Part shown: in pieces, positions 27,178-37,053 of the stretch | Position numbering within the stretch: the stretch's first letter is position 1 | How the letters are laid out: every line of letters starts with the position of its first letter | Source: Candidatus Campbellbacteria bacterium | GTDB lineage: Bacteria; Patescibacteriota; Minisyncoccia; Phycocordibacterales; EsbW-18 | Assembly (NCBI GenBank): GCA_045863475.1 | Contig: BTUR01000005.1 | Span: forward strand, 1-58,802 | Length of the DNA: 58,802 nt | Direction: 5' to 3' | Notes under the pieces: model-generated | What the model was told of the DNA's origin: nothing | Database searches by the model: none | The model's input: the letters and a program-made list of their open reading frames with translations, nothing else | Program-made: the position numbers and the translations under genes

Positions 27178-27336
27178 CACCTGATGCAAGAATACCCCGC
27201 AAGGGGTATTCTTTGCGTCAGGAGGACGCGGATTCGAACGACGGAGTCCCGGCTTGGCCGGGACGAGTCGCGTCCGGCGAATCTTATGAGCGAAGCGAAT
27301 TAGATATCGCGGGACGAATCCCTCCCTCTCCGCACC
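27160..27336 (+). mobile_element. Miniature element bounded by a 22-bp duplication of the tRNA-Ser 3' end
   Basis: CGAATCCCTCCCTCTCCGCACC at 27160-27181 and 27315-27336. Confidence 0.6.
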
Positions 27337-27399
27337 CAATGAAAAGGCACCCCCAAATGAGATATACTAGAGGTAATTACTAATTTAACTTTCATACAT

Positions 27400-27954
27400 A
27401 TGGAAGGAGAAACAATGCACGTACAAACTCCCGCACCGTCCTCAAGTGGCGGCAAGTGGGGAATTATTATCATTATTGCAGTGCTCGCAATCGGTGGCTT
27501 CGCATACTTCGGTAGGCGCGACGACACAGACACCGGCCGGGTATCTGGCACCATTGGCGACCTTATGACTCGCGAGGGCGATTGGAAGTGTACGTGGTCA
27601 TTTGAGAAAGAGGGTATGCGATCCGACGGCACTGTGTACACATCAGGAAAGCGCTTCAAGAGCGATGTTGAAAGTACGCAGGACAATACGACACTCGTCG
27701 CACATTCAATCTCAGATGGAACGACGGTATACACATGGACGAATCTCGCTCCGTACGGTACGAAGTTCGACGTCGCATCAGTGGAAGGCGGCACCGTTGA
27801 CGTAGAGGCGAACCCGCAGGCGCAGATGTTCGCAGACGAATATTCGTTTGAATGCGAACCGTGGACAGCTGACGAATCAGCGTTTACACCTCCGACGGGT
27901 ATCAACTTCACTGACCTCTCGGGAATGATGCAGCAGTTCCAACAGACGCAGTAA
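27400..27954 (+). CDS. Membrane-anchored exported hypothetical protein
   Basis: One TM helix followed by a beta-rich domain with a Cys pair, ending F.PP....F. Confidence 0.7.
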   Translation: MEGETMHVQTPAPSSSGGKWGIIIIIAVLAIGGFAYFGRRDDTDTGRVSGTIGDLMTREGDWKCTWSFEKEGMRSDGTVYTSGKRFKSDVESTQDNTTLVAHSISDGTTVYTWTNLAPYGTKFDVASVEGGTVDVEANPQAQMFADEYSFECEPWTADESAFTPPTGINFTDLSGMMQQFQQTQ

Positions 27955-27961
27955 GAGCGAT

Positions 27962-28333
27962 ATGAGCGAGAGGAAAGAACTGACGGCGGAACAGCGCCGC
28001 GTACTGCTTGAAGGCGGTACGGAGGCGCCATTCTCCGGAGCGTACGTACACGAAAAAGGAAAGGGAATGTACCGATGCGCCCAGTGCGGCGCAGAGCTGT
28101 TCTCGTCTGAAACAAAGTTCGACTCAAAAACAGGGTGGCCGTCATTTGATCAGGCACTTCCCGGTGCAGTGACATATAAAGACGATGACACACACGGCAT
28201 GCGTCGGACCGAAGTATTGTGTGCACGCTGTGGCGGGCACCTCGGACACGTGTTTGACGATGGCCCGGAGGAAACGACAGGGAAGCGCTACTGTATCAAT
28301 TCAGTGTGCCTTGATCTGGAGAAACAGGACTAG
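27962..28333 (+). CDS. msrB: Peptide-methionine (R)-S-oxide reductase
   Basis: GTEAPF, Cxx[16 protein letters not shown] and RYCINS motifs. Confidence 0.97.
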   Translation: MSERKELTAEQRRVLLEGGTEAPFSGAYVHEKGKGMYRCAQCGAELFSSETKFDSKTGWPSFDQALPGAVTYKDDDTHGMRRTEVLCARCGGHLGHVFDDGPEETTGKRYCINSVCLDLEKQD

Positions 28334-29001
28334 TGAGCGACCGTAATACAGAGAATTCGGCGCGCGCCTGCACAACGCAGAGCGCGCGCCGCGTCTGTTA
28401 GCGTTGCGCCGGTGGTTACGACGTCATCGATGAGCACGATGTTTTTCTCGTGCGCAGCTTCAGCTGAGGAGACGACAAACGAATCTTTCGCATTTTTTCT
28501 CCGCTCGCGCCGCGTTTGAGTTTTTGTCTGACTCTTGCGTGATGATAATCGCCTAAGCACGTGTACGTCGAGTATAAATGCGTTTTTGTCAGCGTGTTCT
28601 AAAAATCCGCGCGCAATCTCCTCGGACTGGTTGTATCCGCGTGTGCGTTTTTTCTCCCGCGAGATTGGCACAGGCACAACAACCCAGTGAATGTTTTCCA
28701 AAAGCGCGTGTGCCGAAAGATCTTCTCCATACACGTCCCACAGCGCCTGCCCCAGCATCCGGCAGACGCTTTTTTTACCGCGGTACTTCGCGAGGTGAAT
28801 AGCTGTCCGCATCAGGGGGTTGCGGTACTGAAACGGCGAGCGGACTTTCGGATTCTCCAAAACAGCGTCGTTGTGCCGACGCACTGCGGCTTCCGAAAAA
28901 TCAGCGGATGAAAGCGACAGTATCCGGGATTCTTCACGGGAAGACGGGAACAGCAGTTGCGCGAAAAAACGGAGTACCTGGGGTATGAAAGAGGTCTGCA
29001 T
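28330..29001 (-). CDS. comF: ComF-family phosphoribosyltransferase-like competence protein
   Basis: VPVP, RGYNQS and [12 protein letters not shown] motifs. Confidence 0.88.
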   Translation of the reverse strand: MQTSFIPQVLRFFAQLLFPSSREESRILSLSSADFSEAAVRRHNDAVLENPKVRSPFQYRNPLMRTAIHLAKYRGKKSVCRMLGQALWDVYGEDLSAHALLENIHWVVVPVPISREKKRTRGYNQSEEIARGFLEHADKNAFILDVHVLRRLSSRKSQTKTQTRRERRKNAKDSFVVSSAEAAHEKNIVLIDDVVTTGATLTDAARALRCAGARRILCITVAH

Positions 29002-29054
29002 AGAGGGCAGGGAAATGCTATACTGAAACGTATAAAATAGTTCTCAAGAGACGC

Positions 29055-30185
29055 ATGGAACTCCTCGATACGCTCAAAAAACTCGCCGGTGACCTCGCGA
29101 AACCGAAAGCAAAAAGCGTGCTCGGCATCGACGTGTCGTCATCGACCATCAAAGTGGTGCAGCTCGGGCGTGTTAAAGGGCGCGCGGTTTTGGAGACGTA
29201 CGGCGAACTTGCGCTCGGCCCCTACGCCGGCGTTGAGTCGGGAAAAGCGACAAGTCTTTCTCCCGACAAGGTGGGTGAGGCGCTCGCGGACCTCATGAAA
29301 GAGGCGAAGGTGACCACAAAAGAGTGTGGTGTTGCCATCCCGCTCTCATCGTCGCTCATCAATGTTATTGAAATGCCGGACGCGGGTGAAGCGAAACTCA
29401 AAGAGATGGTGCCGATTGAACTGCGTAAGTACGTTCCGGTGTCCATCAACGAGGTGATGGTGGATTGGCGCATCGTGCCGAAGATTGAAGTGCAGACGCG
29501 CGAGGATGTTGAGAAACAAAAAGAGGAGCAGAAGGTGAAAAAAGTTGAAGTGCTCACCGTTGCCATTCACAAAGAAACTATTGATCGTTACACACAGGTC
29601 ATCAGGAAAGCCGGACTCAACGCGTCGTTCTTTGAGATTGAAGTGTTCTCTACCATTCGTGTTGCGCTTGAAGAAGAACTTGCACCGACGATTGTCATCG
29701 GATTGGGTGCTGGAACGACGAAGGTGTACATCGTTGACCGTAAGGTGTTGCGCGAGTCGCACATCATCAATCGCGGTTCGCAGGAAATCACACTCGCGCT
29801 TACAAAAGGTTTGGGTATCACGCAACAACAAGCCGAAGAGATGAAGAAAACGTACGGCGTCGTGCAACAAGGAGTCGGTGCCGACGTCGCGCAAATTGTT
29901 TCGCTTGTCGTTGATGCGATATTTGCGGAAGCTCAGCGCGTCATGCTCGCGTATCAGCGGAAGTATTCGCGCAACATCAGCCATGTTGTTCTTACCGGAG
30001 GCGGTATCATCATTCCCGGAATCGTCGAGCGCGTGCATGAAATTCTGCAGGCCGACGTTTCTGTTGCTAATCCGTTTAGAAAAGTTGAGGCGCCCGCGTT
30101 TCTTGGAGATGTTTTGAAGCAGGTCGGTCCTGAATTTGACGTCGCAATCGGTGTTGCACTGCGCAAATTGGAAGAGTCGGCGTGA
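29055..30185 (+). CDS. pilM: Type IV pilus assembly protein PilM
   Basis: LGIDVSSSTIKVVQL, VVLTGGG and VAIGVALR motifs (actin-like fold). Confidence 0.92.
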   Translation: MELLDTLKKLAGDLAKPKAKSVLGIDVSSSTIKVVQLGRVKGRAVLETYGELALGPYAGVESGKATSLSPDKVGEALADLMKEAKVTTKECGVAIPLSSSLINVIEMPDAGEAKLKEMVPIELRKYVPVSINEVMVDWRIVPKIEVQTREDVEKQKEEQKVKKVEVLTVAIHKETIDRYTQVIRKAGLNASFFEIEVFSTIRVALEEELAPTIVIGLGAGTTKVYIVDRKVLRESHIINRGSQEITLALTKGLGITQQQAEEMKKTYGVVQQGVGADVAQIVSLVVDAIFAEAQRVMLAYQRKYSRNISHVVLTGGGIIIPGIVERVHEILQADVSVANPFRKVEAPAFLGDVLKQVGPEFDVAIGVALRKLEESA

Positions 30186-30283
30186 CGCTTTGGTGAAGCA
30201 CGGAGGGCGCAACGCCTTCTTTATACACAGGAAACCTCGTTTCAACCGGTGCAGTGGTCTATACTGAAGTACATACAAAGCCA

Positions 30284-30961
30284 ATGGCTGAGCAATTTCA
30301 GACATCATTTATTCCGAAGAAGACCACCGAGACACAGCAGGAGAGCAGTTTCTCCGGCGCCGGATTGGTGTTTTTCATCGGACTGCTTACGTTTATCATC
30401 TCGCTTGTTCTGGCGGGCGGCGTGTATGCCTACGACGTGTACCTAAAAAACGCCTCGGTCCGTAAGGAAGAACAGCTGCGTGCTCAGCGCGACGCGTTCG
30501 CGCCTGAAGTGATACGTGAGATGTCGCGCCTTTCCACAAAAATTGCCGTCGCGGAGGACTTGCTCGCAGGCCACGTCGCCGTCTCTGAGATTTTCGAAAT
30601 GTTGCAGAACATAACATTGCAGACCGTGCGCTTTACCTCGTTTGCATTCAATACGACCGACAAGGGTGTGCAGGTCACGATGCAGGGAGAAGGACTGTCG
30701 TTTACATCGGTTGCACTTCAGGCGGATGAGTTTGCGAAGAATCCGAATCTTTCCAATTCCGTTTTTTCAGGATTCGCGCTTGATAACCGCGGGAACGTAA
30801 CGTTCACCGTGACGTCGGTTGTTAATCCGCAGATACTTTCATACGCGGAGAGCACGGAGCGTCGAGGAACGGTTTTGATGGAAACGTTTATTGAACCGGT
30901 CGTGCCGCAGGAAGTTGTGCCGCAAGAAACGGAGACGCCTCCGCAACAAGAATCAAACTAA
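30284..30961 (+). CDS. PilN-like alignment protein
   Basis: QTSFIPK N-terminus, one TM helix and a coiled coil; lies between pilM and pilO. Confidence 0.75.
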   Translation: MAEQFQTSFIPKKTTETQQESSFSGAGLVFFIGLLTFIISLVLAGGVYAYDVYLKNASVRKEEQLRAQRDAFAPEVIREMSRLSTKIAVAEDLLAGHVAVSEIFEMLQNITLQTVRFTSFAFNTTDKGVQVTMQGEGLSFTSVALQADEFAKNPNLSNSVFSGFALDNRGNVTFTVTSVVNPQILSYAESTERRGTVLMETFIEPVVPQEVVPQETETPPQQESN

Positions 30962-30967
30962 AACACC

Positions 30968-31507
30968 ATGCGTTTCATCTCAGGAATCATTTTCATAGTC
31001 GTAGCAGTCGCGGTGTTCTTCGGTTTGACGAATCCGAAGTATCAAACGACGAAGACGGTGCGTGATAAAGTCGCGCAGCTCGACGAAGCACTCGATAAAG
31101 CAAAAGAGCTCACGGAACTTCGCGACACACTCACGGTGCAATACAACTCGTTTACCGACGAAGAACTTAAAAAACTCAATACACTACTCCCAGATTCAGT
31201 TGATACGGTGCGCCTTATCATCGATGTGGATAATATTGCCGACGCACACAATCTCACACTGTTGAATATCTCAATTGCCGGTGGGGAAGTCACCAGTCAG
31301 CAATCTTCCGGACCGGAGGGCCGCCCGTACGGAGTGATGAATCTTTCATTTAATGTCTCCACGACATACGAGCAGTTCAAGGCGTTTCTCATTGATGTGG
31401 AGCGCAGTTTGCGCCTGTTGGACGTGCAGACCATCTCATTCGGACAACCTGACGTGACCGGACGCACAACGTACACGGTTAGTGCGCGAACCTACTGGCT
31501 CAAGTAA
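30968..31507 (+). CDS. pilO: PilO-like alignment protein
   Basis: TM helix, LLP and Y..FK.FL..VE.SLRL motifs. Confidence 0.8.
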   Translation: MRFISGIIFIVVAVAVFFGLTNPKYQTTKTVRDKVAQLDEALDKAKELTELRDTLTVQYNSFTDEELKKLNTLLPDSVDTVRLIIDVDNIADAHNLTLLNISIAGGEVTSQQSSGPEGRPYGVMNLSFNVSTTYEQFKAFLIDVERSLRLLDVQTISFGQPDVTGRTTYTVSARTYWLK

Positions 31508-31511
31508 CGAT

Positions 31512-31868
31512 ATGTTCCAGAAATACAAAAAAATCATCATCATAGCTGCCGCACTCGTCCTGTTGTTCATTGTGTACACAATGTTTTTCAAGAAGGATGA
31601 AGAGCCGGTGCTGTCCAGAACATCTTCCGGAGGCCAGGCACTTTCCGCCGAGAACAATGAACTCATCACGCTGCTCTCACAGCTCCGCTCTATTGACTTG
31701 GACCGCAGTGTTTTCAGCAATCAGATTTACCTCTCGCTTTTTGACTTCTCAGTCGTCCTCATTCCCGAGCCGGTGTCGCGCCCGAACCCGTTTGCGCCGA
31801 TTGGCAGCGAAGGGGTGACGCCACAGGTCCAGAACGAGGGTGTTGCAAACATCGGTGCGGGCTTGTAA
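31512..31868 (+). CDS. Small pilus-cluster membrane protein in the PilP position
   Basis: TM helix and an RPNPF motif. Confidence 0.65.
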   Translation: MFQKYKKIIIIAAALVLLFIVYTMFFKKDEEPVLSRTSSGGQALSAENNELITLLSQLRSIDLDRSVFSNQIYLSLFDFSVVLIPEPVSRPNPFAPIGSEGVTPQVQNEGVANIGAGL

Positions 31869-31883
31869 GCGTCCGTTTTCAAT

Positions 31884-33689
31884 ATGTCTTTTTTAGAAGA
31901 ACTTGTACAAAAGGGTGTTGTTAAGAACGAGGAAATTTCCGCGCTTGAAGGCGAGGCGGCGAGCACGGGCCGCAGTATTGAAGAGGTACTCAGAAGACAC
32001 GGTGTAACACCCCAAGACATTCTGCAGGCAAAAGGTGTTCACTATGGACTGCCGACGCGCTCCATAAATGCTCCTATATCATTTGAGGTGTTGCGGTACA
32101 TTCCTGAAGAGAGCGCCCGACACTACCAATTTGTGCCGCTTGGCGTTGCCGACGGCGCGTTGGAGGTTGGTATCGTGGACCCGGACAACGTTGAGGCGCG
32201 CGACGCATTGCAATTCATCGCGACGAAAACGGACATGCCGTTTAAGTTGTTTCTTGTTTCCAAAATCGACTTTGACGATGTGCTCAAGCAATATCAAGGA
32301 CTTACCGGAGAGGTGACAAAGGCACTCACCGACCTTGAGAGCGAAATTTCCGAGGAAGAAGAGGAGCTCGGTAAAAAAATTAAAGCGGCGCGCAGCGGCG
32401 AAACGGAAGGCGAGGGGGAGAATCTCATGGAAGATGCGCCAGTGACGAAAATCGTTGCGACGATTCTCAAACACGCGCTTGAAGCGGGGGCATCCGACAT
32501 CCACATTGAACCGACGCCCTCCGACGTGCGCGTTCGGTTCCGCGTTGACGGTGAACTTTCAACAAACCTGACACTGCCGGCGAATGTGCATGCGGCGGTC
32601 GTTGCGCGCGTGAAGATTCTTTCGAACATGAAACTCGACGAGAAACGAAAACCGCAAGACAACCGCTTCTCGGCGCGCATCGGCGGACACAAAATCGATT
32701 TTCGTGTTTCAACATTTCCCGCATACTACGGCGAAAAAGTCGTGCTCCGTATTCTTGATGCGGAAAAAGGCGTCTTGCCGTTGGACAAAATCGGTTTCTC
32801 ACAGCGGCACCTTAAAATCATCCGCAATGCCATCAAGCGTCCGTACGGCATGATTCTGATTTCCGGTCCGACAGGTTCTGGTAAGACGACGACTTTGTAC
32901 TCGATGCTTCAAGAAATCGACCGTGAGACGCAAAACGTGCTGTCACTTGAAGACCCGGTGGAGTACAGCATTCCCGGCATGAACCAAGCGCAAGTGCGTC
33001 CTGAAATCGGGTTCACGTTTGCCTCCGGTCTTCGCACTACACTGCGTCAGGACCCGGACATCATCATGGTGGGAGAAATTCGCGATAAAGAGACCGCACA
33101 GCTCGCCATTCAAGCGGCGCTCACCGGTCACTTGGTGCTCTCAACCATCCACACGAACAACGCCATCGGTGTTATCCCGCGACTCATCGACATGGGTGTT
33201 GACCCGTTTTTGATCGGTCCGACGTTGATTCTGACGATGGCACAACGTCTCGTGCGTCGGATGTGCGAGGGTGCCGGCAAAGAGATTCCGATTGAGGGGA
33301 GCTACAAAGAGATGTTTGACGCGCAGTTCGCCGACTTGCCAAAGGAATTTCGCTCGGAAATTCCTGAGACAAAATCGTTTTACGGGGCCGCACCGACCGC
33401 GGACTGTCCGAATGGTACACGCGGCCGTATGGCGGTGTTTGAACTCGTTGAGATGACGAAAGAACTCGAGCAAACAGTGCTTGAGAATCCCGTGGAACCG
33501 CGGCTCGTGGAAGTCGCGCGTAAGCAGGGCATGATTACGATGCGCGAAGACGCGCTTATTAAAAGCATGAACGGCATCGTTCCGTTTGAGGAAGTTAACA
33601 CGCTTGGTGGTCTCTACGACACCGCAGAAGATACGTCCGATGAGGACGCACAACCAAGGAAGAAGACGGAAGAAGCTGTGTTAGAATAA
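31884..33689 (+). CDS. pilB: Type IV pilus assembly ATPase PilB (GspE/PulE family)
   Basis: ASDIHIEP, GPTGSGKTTTLY, LEDPVEY, LRQDPDIIMVGEIRD and TGHLVLSTIHTN motifs. Confidence 0.95.
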   Translation: MSFLEELVQKGVVKNEEISALEGEAASTGRSIEEVLRRHGVTPQDILQAKGVHYGLPTRSINAPISFEVLRYIPEESARHYQFVPLGVADGALEVGIVDPDNVEARDALQFIATKTDMPFKLFLVSKIDFDDVLKQYQGLTGEVTKALTDLESEISEEEEELGKKIKAARSGETEGEGENLMEDAPVTKIVATILKHALEAGASDIHIEPTPSDVRVRFRVDGELSTNLTLPANVHAAVVARVKILSNMKLDEKRKPQDNRFSARIGGHKIDFRVSTFPAYYGEKVVLRILDAEKGVLPLDKIGFSQRHLKIIRNAIKRPYGMILISGPTGSGKTTTLYSMLQEIDRETQNVLSLEDPVEYSIPGMNQAQVRPEIGFTFASGLRTTLRQDPDIIMVGEIRDKETAQLAIQAALTGHLVLSTIHTNNAIGVIPRLIDMGVDPFLIGPTLILTMAQRLVRRMCEGAGKEIPIEGSYKEMFDAQFADLPKEFRSEIPETKSFYGAAPTADCPNGTRGRMAVFELVEMTKELEQTVLENPVEPRLVEVARKQGMITMREDALIKSMNGIVPFEEVNTLGGLYDTAEDTSDEDAQPRKKTEEAVLE

Positions 33690-33693
33690 GTAC

Positions 33694-34773
33694 ATGAGTT
33701 TGAGCACAAAAAATTACGAAGACGAGCTCAACGAACTCCTCGACGTCACGGTCAAGGAAGGTGCGTCCGACTTGCACCTCTCCGTCGGCTATCATCCGAC
33801 ACTTCGTGTGTCCGGTAATCTCATTCCGCTCGTAAAAAAAGAACCGCTGACGCAAGGGGACTGCGATTCATTCATGAAAATCCTCGTGCGGCCCGATGCG
33901 CGCGAAATATTTCTCAAAGAGAAGGAAATCGACTTTTCATACAGTTTCAACAATGATGCCGCGCGTTTCCGCGGCAACTGTTCGTACTCGCGAGGGAACA
34001 TCGACATTGTGCTCCGATTCATCCCGAGGCAAATTCGCACGATTGAAGAGCTCCAACTGCCGACGATTCTTGCTGATTTTGCACGACGTGAACAAGGATT
34101 CTTTCTCGTGGTGGGACCGGTTGGCCACGGAAAGTCCACGACGCTTGCTGCGATGATTGACGTCGTTAACTCCGAGCGTGCTGACCACATCGTCACCATT
34201 GAAGACCCGATTGAATACATTTTTGATCCGAAGAAATCCATGATTAACCAGCGCGAAGTGCGCATCGACACGAATGACTTCGGCATTGCACTTCGGCAGA
34301 TGTTCCGTCAGGACGTGGACGTCGCGATGATCGGTGAGATGCGCGGACAGGAGACTATTTCCACCGCGGTAACCGCGGCAGAAACCGGCCACCTGGTGCT
34401 CTCAACACTGCACACAAACAACGCGTCGCAGACCGTGGACCGTATCATTGACTCATTCCCGCCAGAACAACAGGACCAGGTGCGGCTCCAGCTCGCGTCC
34501 TCGCTCATTGGCGTGTTTTCACAGCGTTTGGTGCAGCGCGTCTCCGGTGGTCTCATTCCCGCGTACGAACTGCTCATCAACAACAAGGCAGTTGCAAACC
34601 TTATCCGTGAAGGACGCACGCACGAAATCGACACGGTCATCGAGACAGGGTCGGAGTACGGCATGATTGATATGAACCGTTCTCTCGCAGACTTGGTTCG
34701 TCGCGGAGAAATCACGGTCGACATGGCTAGGATGCACTCGCTTAACCCCGCGGTGCTCGAGCGGCTCATCTAG
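33694..34773 (+). CDS. pilT: Pilus retraction ATPase PilT
   Basis: ASDLHL, GPVGHGKSTTLA, TIEDPIE, AAETGHLV and ANLIRE motifs. Confidence 0.94.
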   Translation: MSLSTKNYEDELNELLDVTVKEGASDLHLSVGYHPTLRVSGNLIPLVKKEPLTQGDCDSFMKILVRPDAREIFLKEKEIDFSYSFNNDAARFRGNCSYSRGNIDIVLRFIPRQIRTIEELQLPTILADFARREQGFFLVVGPVGHGKSTTLAAMIDVVNSERADHIVTIEDPIEYIFDPKKSMINQREVRIDTNDFGIALRQMFRQDVDVAMIGEMRGQETISTAVTAAETGHLVLSTLHTNNASQTVDRIIDSFPPEQQDQVRLQLASSLIGVFSQRLVQRVSGGLIPAYELLINNKAVANLIREGRTHEIDTVIETGSEYGMIDMNRSLADLVRRGEITVDMARMHSLNPAVLERLI

Positions 34774-34778
34774 CATGA

Positions 34779-34881
34779 ATCCCGTTAGAGACACAGGACA
34801 AAAGAAGGGAAATGGTATTTTACCAAACACAAATGAAGTTCAGTAACAAGACAGGATTATACGATAGTTCTCTAACGGGAT
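34779..34881. repeat. CCCGTTAGA...TCTAACGGG inverted-repeat element, copy 2
   Basis: Perfect 12-bp arms ATCCCGTTAGAG / CTCTAACGGGAT. Confidence 0.7.
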
Positions 34882-35023
34882 GAAAGCACTCCTCTACATC
34901 GGCATCGCACTCGTTGTTATACTTTCAGTCGTTGCACTCGGAGGAAACGCCGATAAACTGCCGTATCTCGGGATTCTCATCATTGTCGTACTCATCGCCG
35001 CATGGTTTAAGAAGGCGGCATAA
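34880..35023 (+). CDS. 47-aa two-TM microprotein between pilT and pilC
   Basis: Translated by hand as MKALLYIGIALVVILSVVALGGNADKLPYLGILIIVVLIAAWFKKAA; below the ORF-track length cutoff. Confidence 0.6.
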   Translation: MKALLYIGIALVVILSVVALGGNADKLPYLGILIIVVLIAAWFKKAA

Positions 35024-35032
35024 GAAGCACGT

Positions 35033-36238
35033 ATGTTGTTTACCTACACTGCAATAGATCAAGACGGAAGCGAGAAAAAGGGGACTATCGATGCGCTCAA
35101 TGACGACGTGGCCATCCGCTCGTTGCAGTCGCGCGGTCTTGTCATCTCTTCAATCAAGAAAACCGAAGACAAGATGAATTTCGGGAAGTCATTCTCGCTG
35201 TTCAATCGCGTTTCCAACAAAGACCTCGTCATTCTCTCGCGCCAGATTGCGACGCTGTTTGAAGCACAGGTCTCCGCATTGCGCGTGTTCCGACTACTTG
35301 CCGAGGAAAGCGAAAAGCCGGCGATGCGTACCGCGCTTATTGAGGTCGCCAACGATTTGCAGGCGGGTTCCGCAATTGCAAAAGCACTTGAAAAGCACCC
35401 AAATATTTTCTCCTCATTTTACGTCAACATGGTGAAAGCCGGCGAAGAGTCGGGAAAGCTCGACCAGACGTTTTTGTACCTTGCTGACTATCTCGACCGC
35501 ACGTACGAAGTCACCAGTAAGGCGCGCAACGCGCTTATCTATCCGGCGTTTGTTATCTCGGTGTTTATTGCGGTCATGGTGCTCATGCTCACGACGGTTA
35601 TTCCGAAGCTCTCGTCCATTCTCGCTGATTCCGGACAAGAGATTCCGGCGTACACAAAAGTAGTCATCGGAATTTCAACCGCGCTCACCGACTATGGTTT
35701 CTTCCTGCTCATTCTTCTGGCCATTGCCGGTGTGTGGCTCTGGCGCTACCTACAGACACCAAAAGGGGACCTGATGGTGTCGCGGCTTAAGATATCGGTG
35801 CCGTACCTGGGCAATCTCTACAAAAAACTGTATCTCTCTCGTATTGCCGACAACATGCACACGATGCTTTCCTCCGGAATTCCCATGGTGCGCGGGTTGG
35901 AAATTTCATCAGAGGTCGTCGGTAACACACTGTACGAACAAGCACTCAAAAAAGCAGTGGAAAGTGTGCGTGGCGGTTCCTCCGTTGCCGACTCGCTCTC
36001 AGGTAGTCCGTATATTCCGTCAATCATGACGCAAATGGTGCGGATTGGAGAAGAAACCGGTGAGTTGGCGGCAATCCTCAAGACCTTGGCACACTTCTAT
36101 GAACGTGAAGTGAAAAACGCGGTGGACACACTTGTGGATCTCATTGAGCCGGCGATGATTGTGGTGTTGGGTCTGGGCGTCGGAACGCTCTTGGCGGCCG
36201 TCCTGATACCGATTTACAACATCTCGGCCGGAATCTAA
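35033..36238 (+). CDS. pilC: Type IV pilus platform protein PilC (GspF family)
   Basis: RQIATL, MVKAGEESGKLD, ALIYP and GEETGEL motifs. Confidence 0.95.
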   Translation: MLFTYTAIDQDGSEKKGTIDALNDDVAIRSLQSRGLVISSIKKTEDKMNFGKSFSLFNRVSNKDLVILSRQIATLFEAQVSALRVFRLLAEESEKPAMRTALIEVANDLQAGSAIAKALEKHPNIFSSFYVNMVKAGEESGKLDQTFLYLADYLDRTYEVTSKARNALIYPAFVISVFIAVMVLMLTTVIPKLSSILADSGQEIPAYTKVVIGISTALTDYGFFLLILLAIAGVWLWRYLQTPKGDLMVSRLKISVPYLGNLYKKLYLSRIADNMHTMLSSGIPMVRGLEISSEVVGNTLYEQALKKAVESVRGGSSVADSLSGSPYIPSIMTQMVRIGEETGELAAILKTLAHFYEREVKNAVDTLVDLIEPAMIVVLGLGVGTLLAAVLIPIYNISAGI

Positions 36239-36362
36239 CGGGGAGGTGCCAAAAAACGGCTTAAAATCGTTACCGGCGACGTAGAGCGAGCATGTTGAAA
36301 ACATCAGTTTTCATCATCGAGCCGAGGAGTCGGTATGGGTTTCCAAAAAGCATTGGAAATCC

Positions 36363-36407
36363 TTATCCACAGGGCTGTTTACGCATACCTTTTCATTGAC
36401 CTATAAT
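36363..36407 (+). promoter_or_regulatory. Major pilin promoter with an upstream DnaA-box-like TTATCCACA
   Basis: TTATCCACA-N30-TATAAT. Confidence 0.55.
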
Positions 36408-36452
36408 GAAAGGGCTTAACAAAAAGCATTTATTTATAAGGTTATATTCGCT

Positions 36453-36884
36453 ATGAAGAAACTTACAAAGGGTTTTACCCTCATTGAGCTTCTGGTGGTC
36501 ATCGCAATCATCGGAATTCTCTCATCAGTTGTTCTTGCATCTCTTAACAGCGCACGCCAGAAGGGCCGCGACGCAAAGCGCATTTCAGACGTCAGCCAAA
36601 TCAAGCTGGCTTTGGAGCTTTACTTTGACTCAAATGGCACGTACCCAGTTGGTAGTGGTACTTCGACAGCTGCGACAGCTCTTGTCCCAGATTACATTCC
36701 GGTTTGGCCGCTTGAACCGCTCGCAGGAGGAAGCTACGGCTACGGTGGTACGGCAACGAGCTACGTGGTTATGGCCGACCTCGAGGATGATACTCACCAG
36801 GCGCTTAACGGTGATATCGACGGTGTAGACGTGCACGGGGTTAACTGTGAAGATGCGACTGGTGCATACTGCGTCCAACCGTAA
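36453..36884 (+). CDS. Probable major type IV pilin
   Basis: KG|FTLIELLVVIAIIGILSSVVLASL and a C-terminal Cys pair, with its own promoter and terminator. Confidence 0.92.
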   Translation: MKKLTKGFTLIELLVVIAIIGILSSVVLASLNSARQKGRDAKRISDVSQIKLALELYFDSNGTYPVGSGTSTAATALVPDYIPVWPLEPLAGGSYGYGGTATSYVVMADLEDDTHQALNGDIDGVDVHGVNCEDATGAYCVQP

Positions 36885-36904
36885 TCTCTCTGAAACTCTG
36901 AGAT

Positions 36905-36933
36905 CAAAAAATCCCGGCATGCCGGGATTTTTT
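36905..36933 (+). terminator. Intrinsic terminator after the pilin gene
   Basis: AAAAAATCCCGGCATGCCGGGATTTTTT. Confidence 0.85.
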
Positions 36934-36955
36934 GTATGTGCAAAACCTCTCTGTT

Positions 36956-36992
36956 CGTCCCTAAGGGACGCCGATGTGCGTCCCTTAGGGAC
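36956..36992. repeat. REP-like double palindrome, copy 1
   Basis: CGTCCCTAAGGGACG-N8-CGTCCCTTAGGGAC. Confidence 0.7.
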
Positions 36993-37053
36993 AAGGAGGG
37001 TTCTCTCCACAGAACCGTTCAGATTTTCCGTCGGGTGCCGTTATACTGTATGC

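Noticed and set aside
27160-27336. Prophage or full genomic island at tRNA-Ser
   Set aside because: Only ~133 bp lie between the repeats and there is no integrase in the window.
27300-28226. 308-aa minus-strand ORF; likewise 29346-30308
   Set aside because: Antisense to well-supported genes (msrB, pilM) and without recognisable motifs.
36956-36992. CRISPR array from repeat-spacer-repeat palindromes
   Set aside because: Only two 15-bp units with 8-9-nt spacers and no cas genes.
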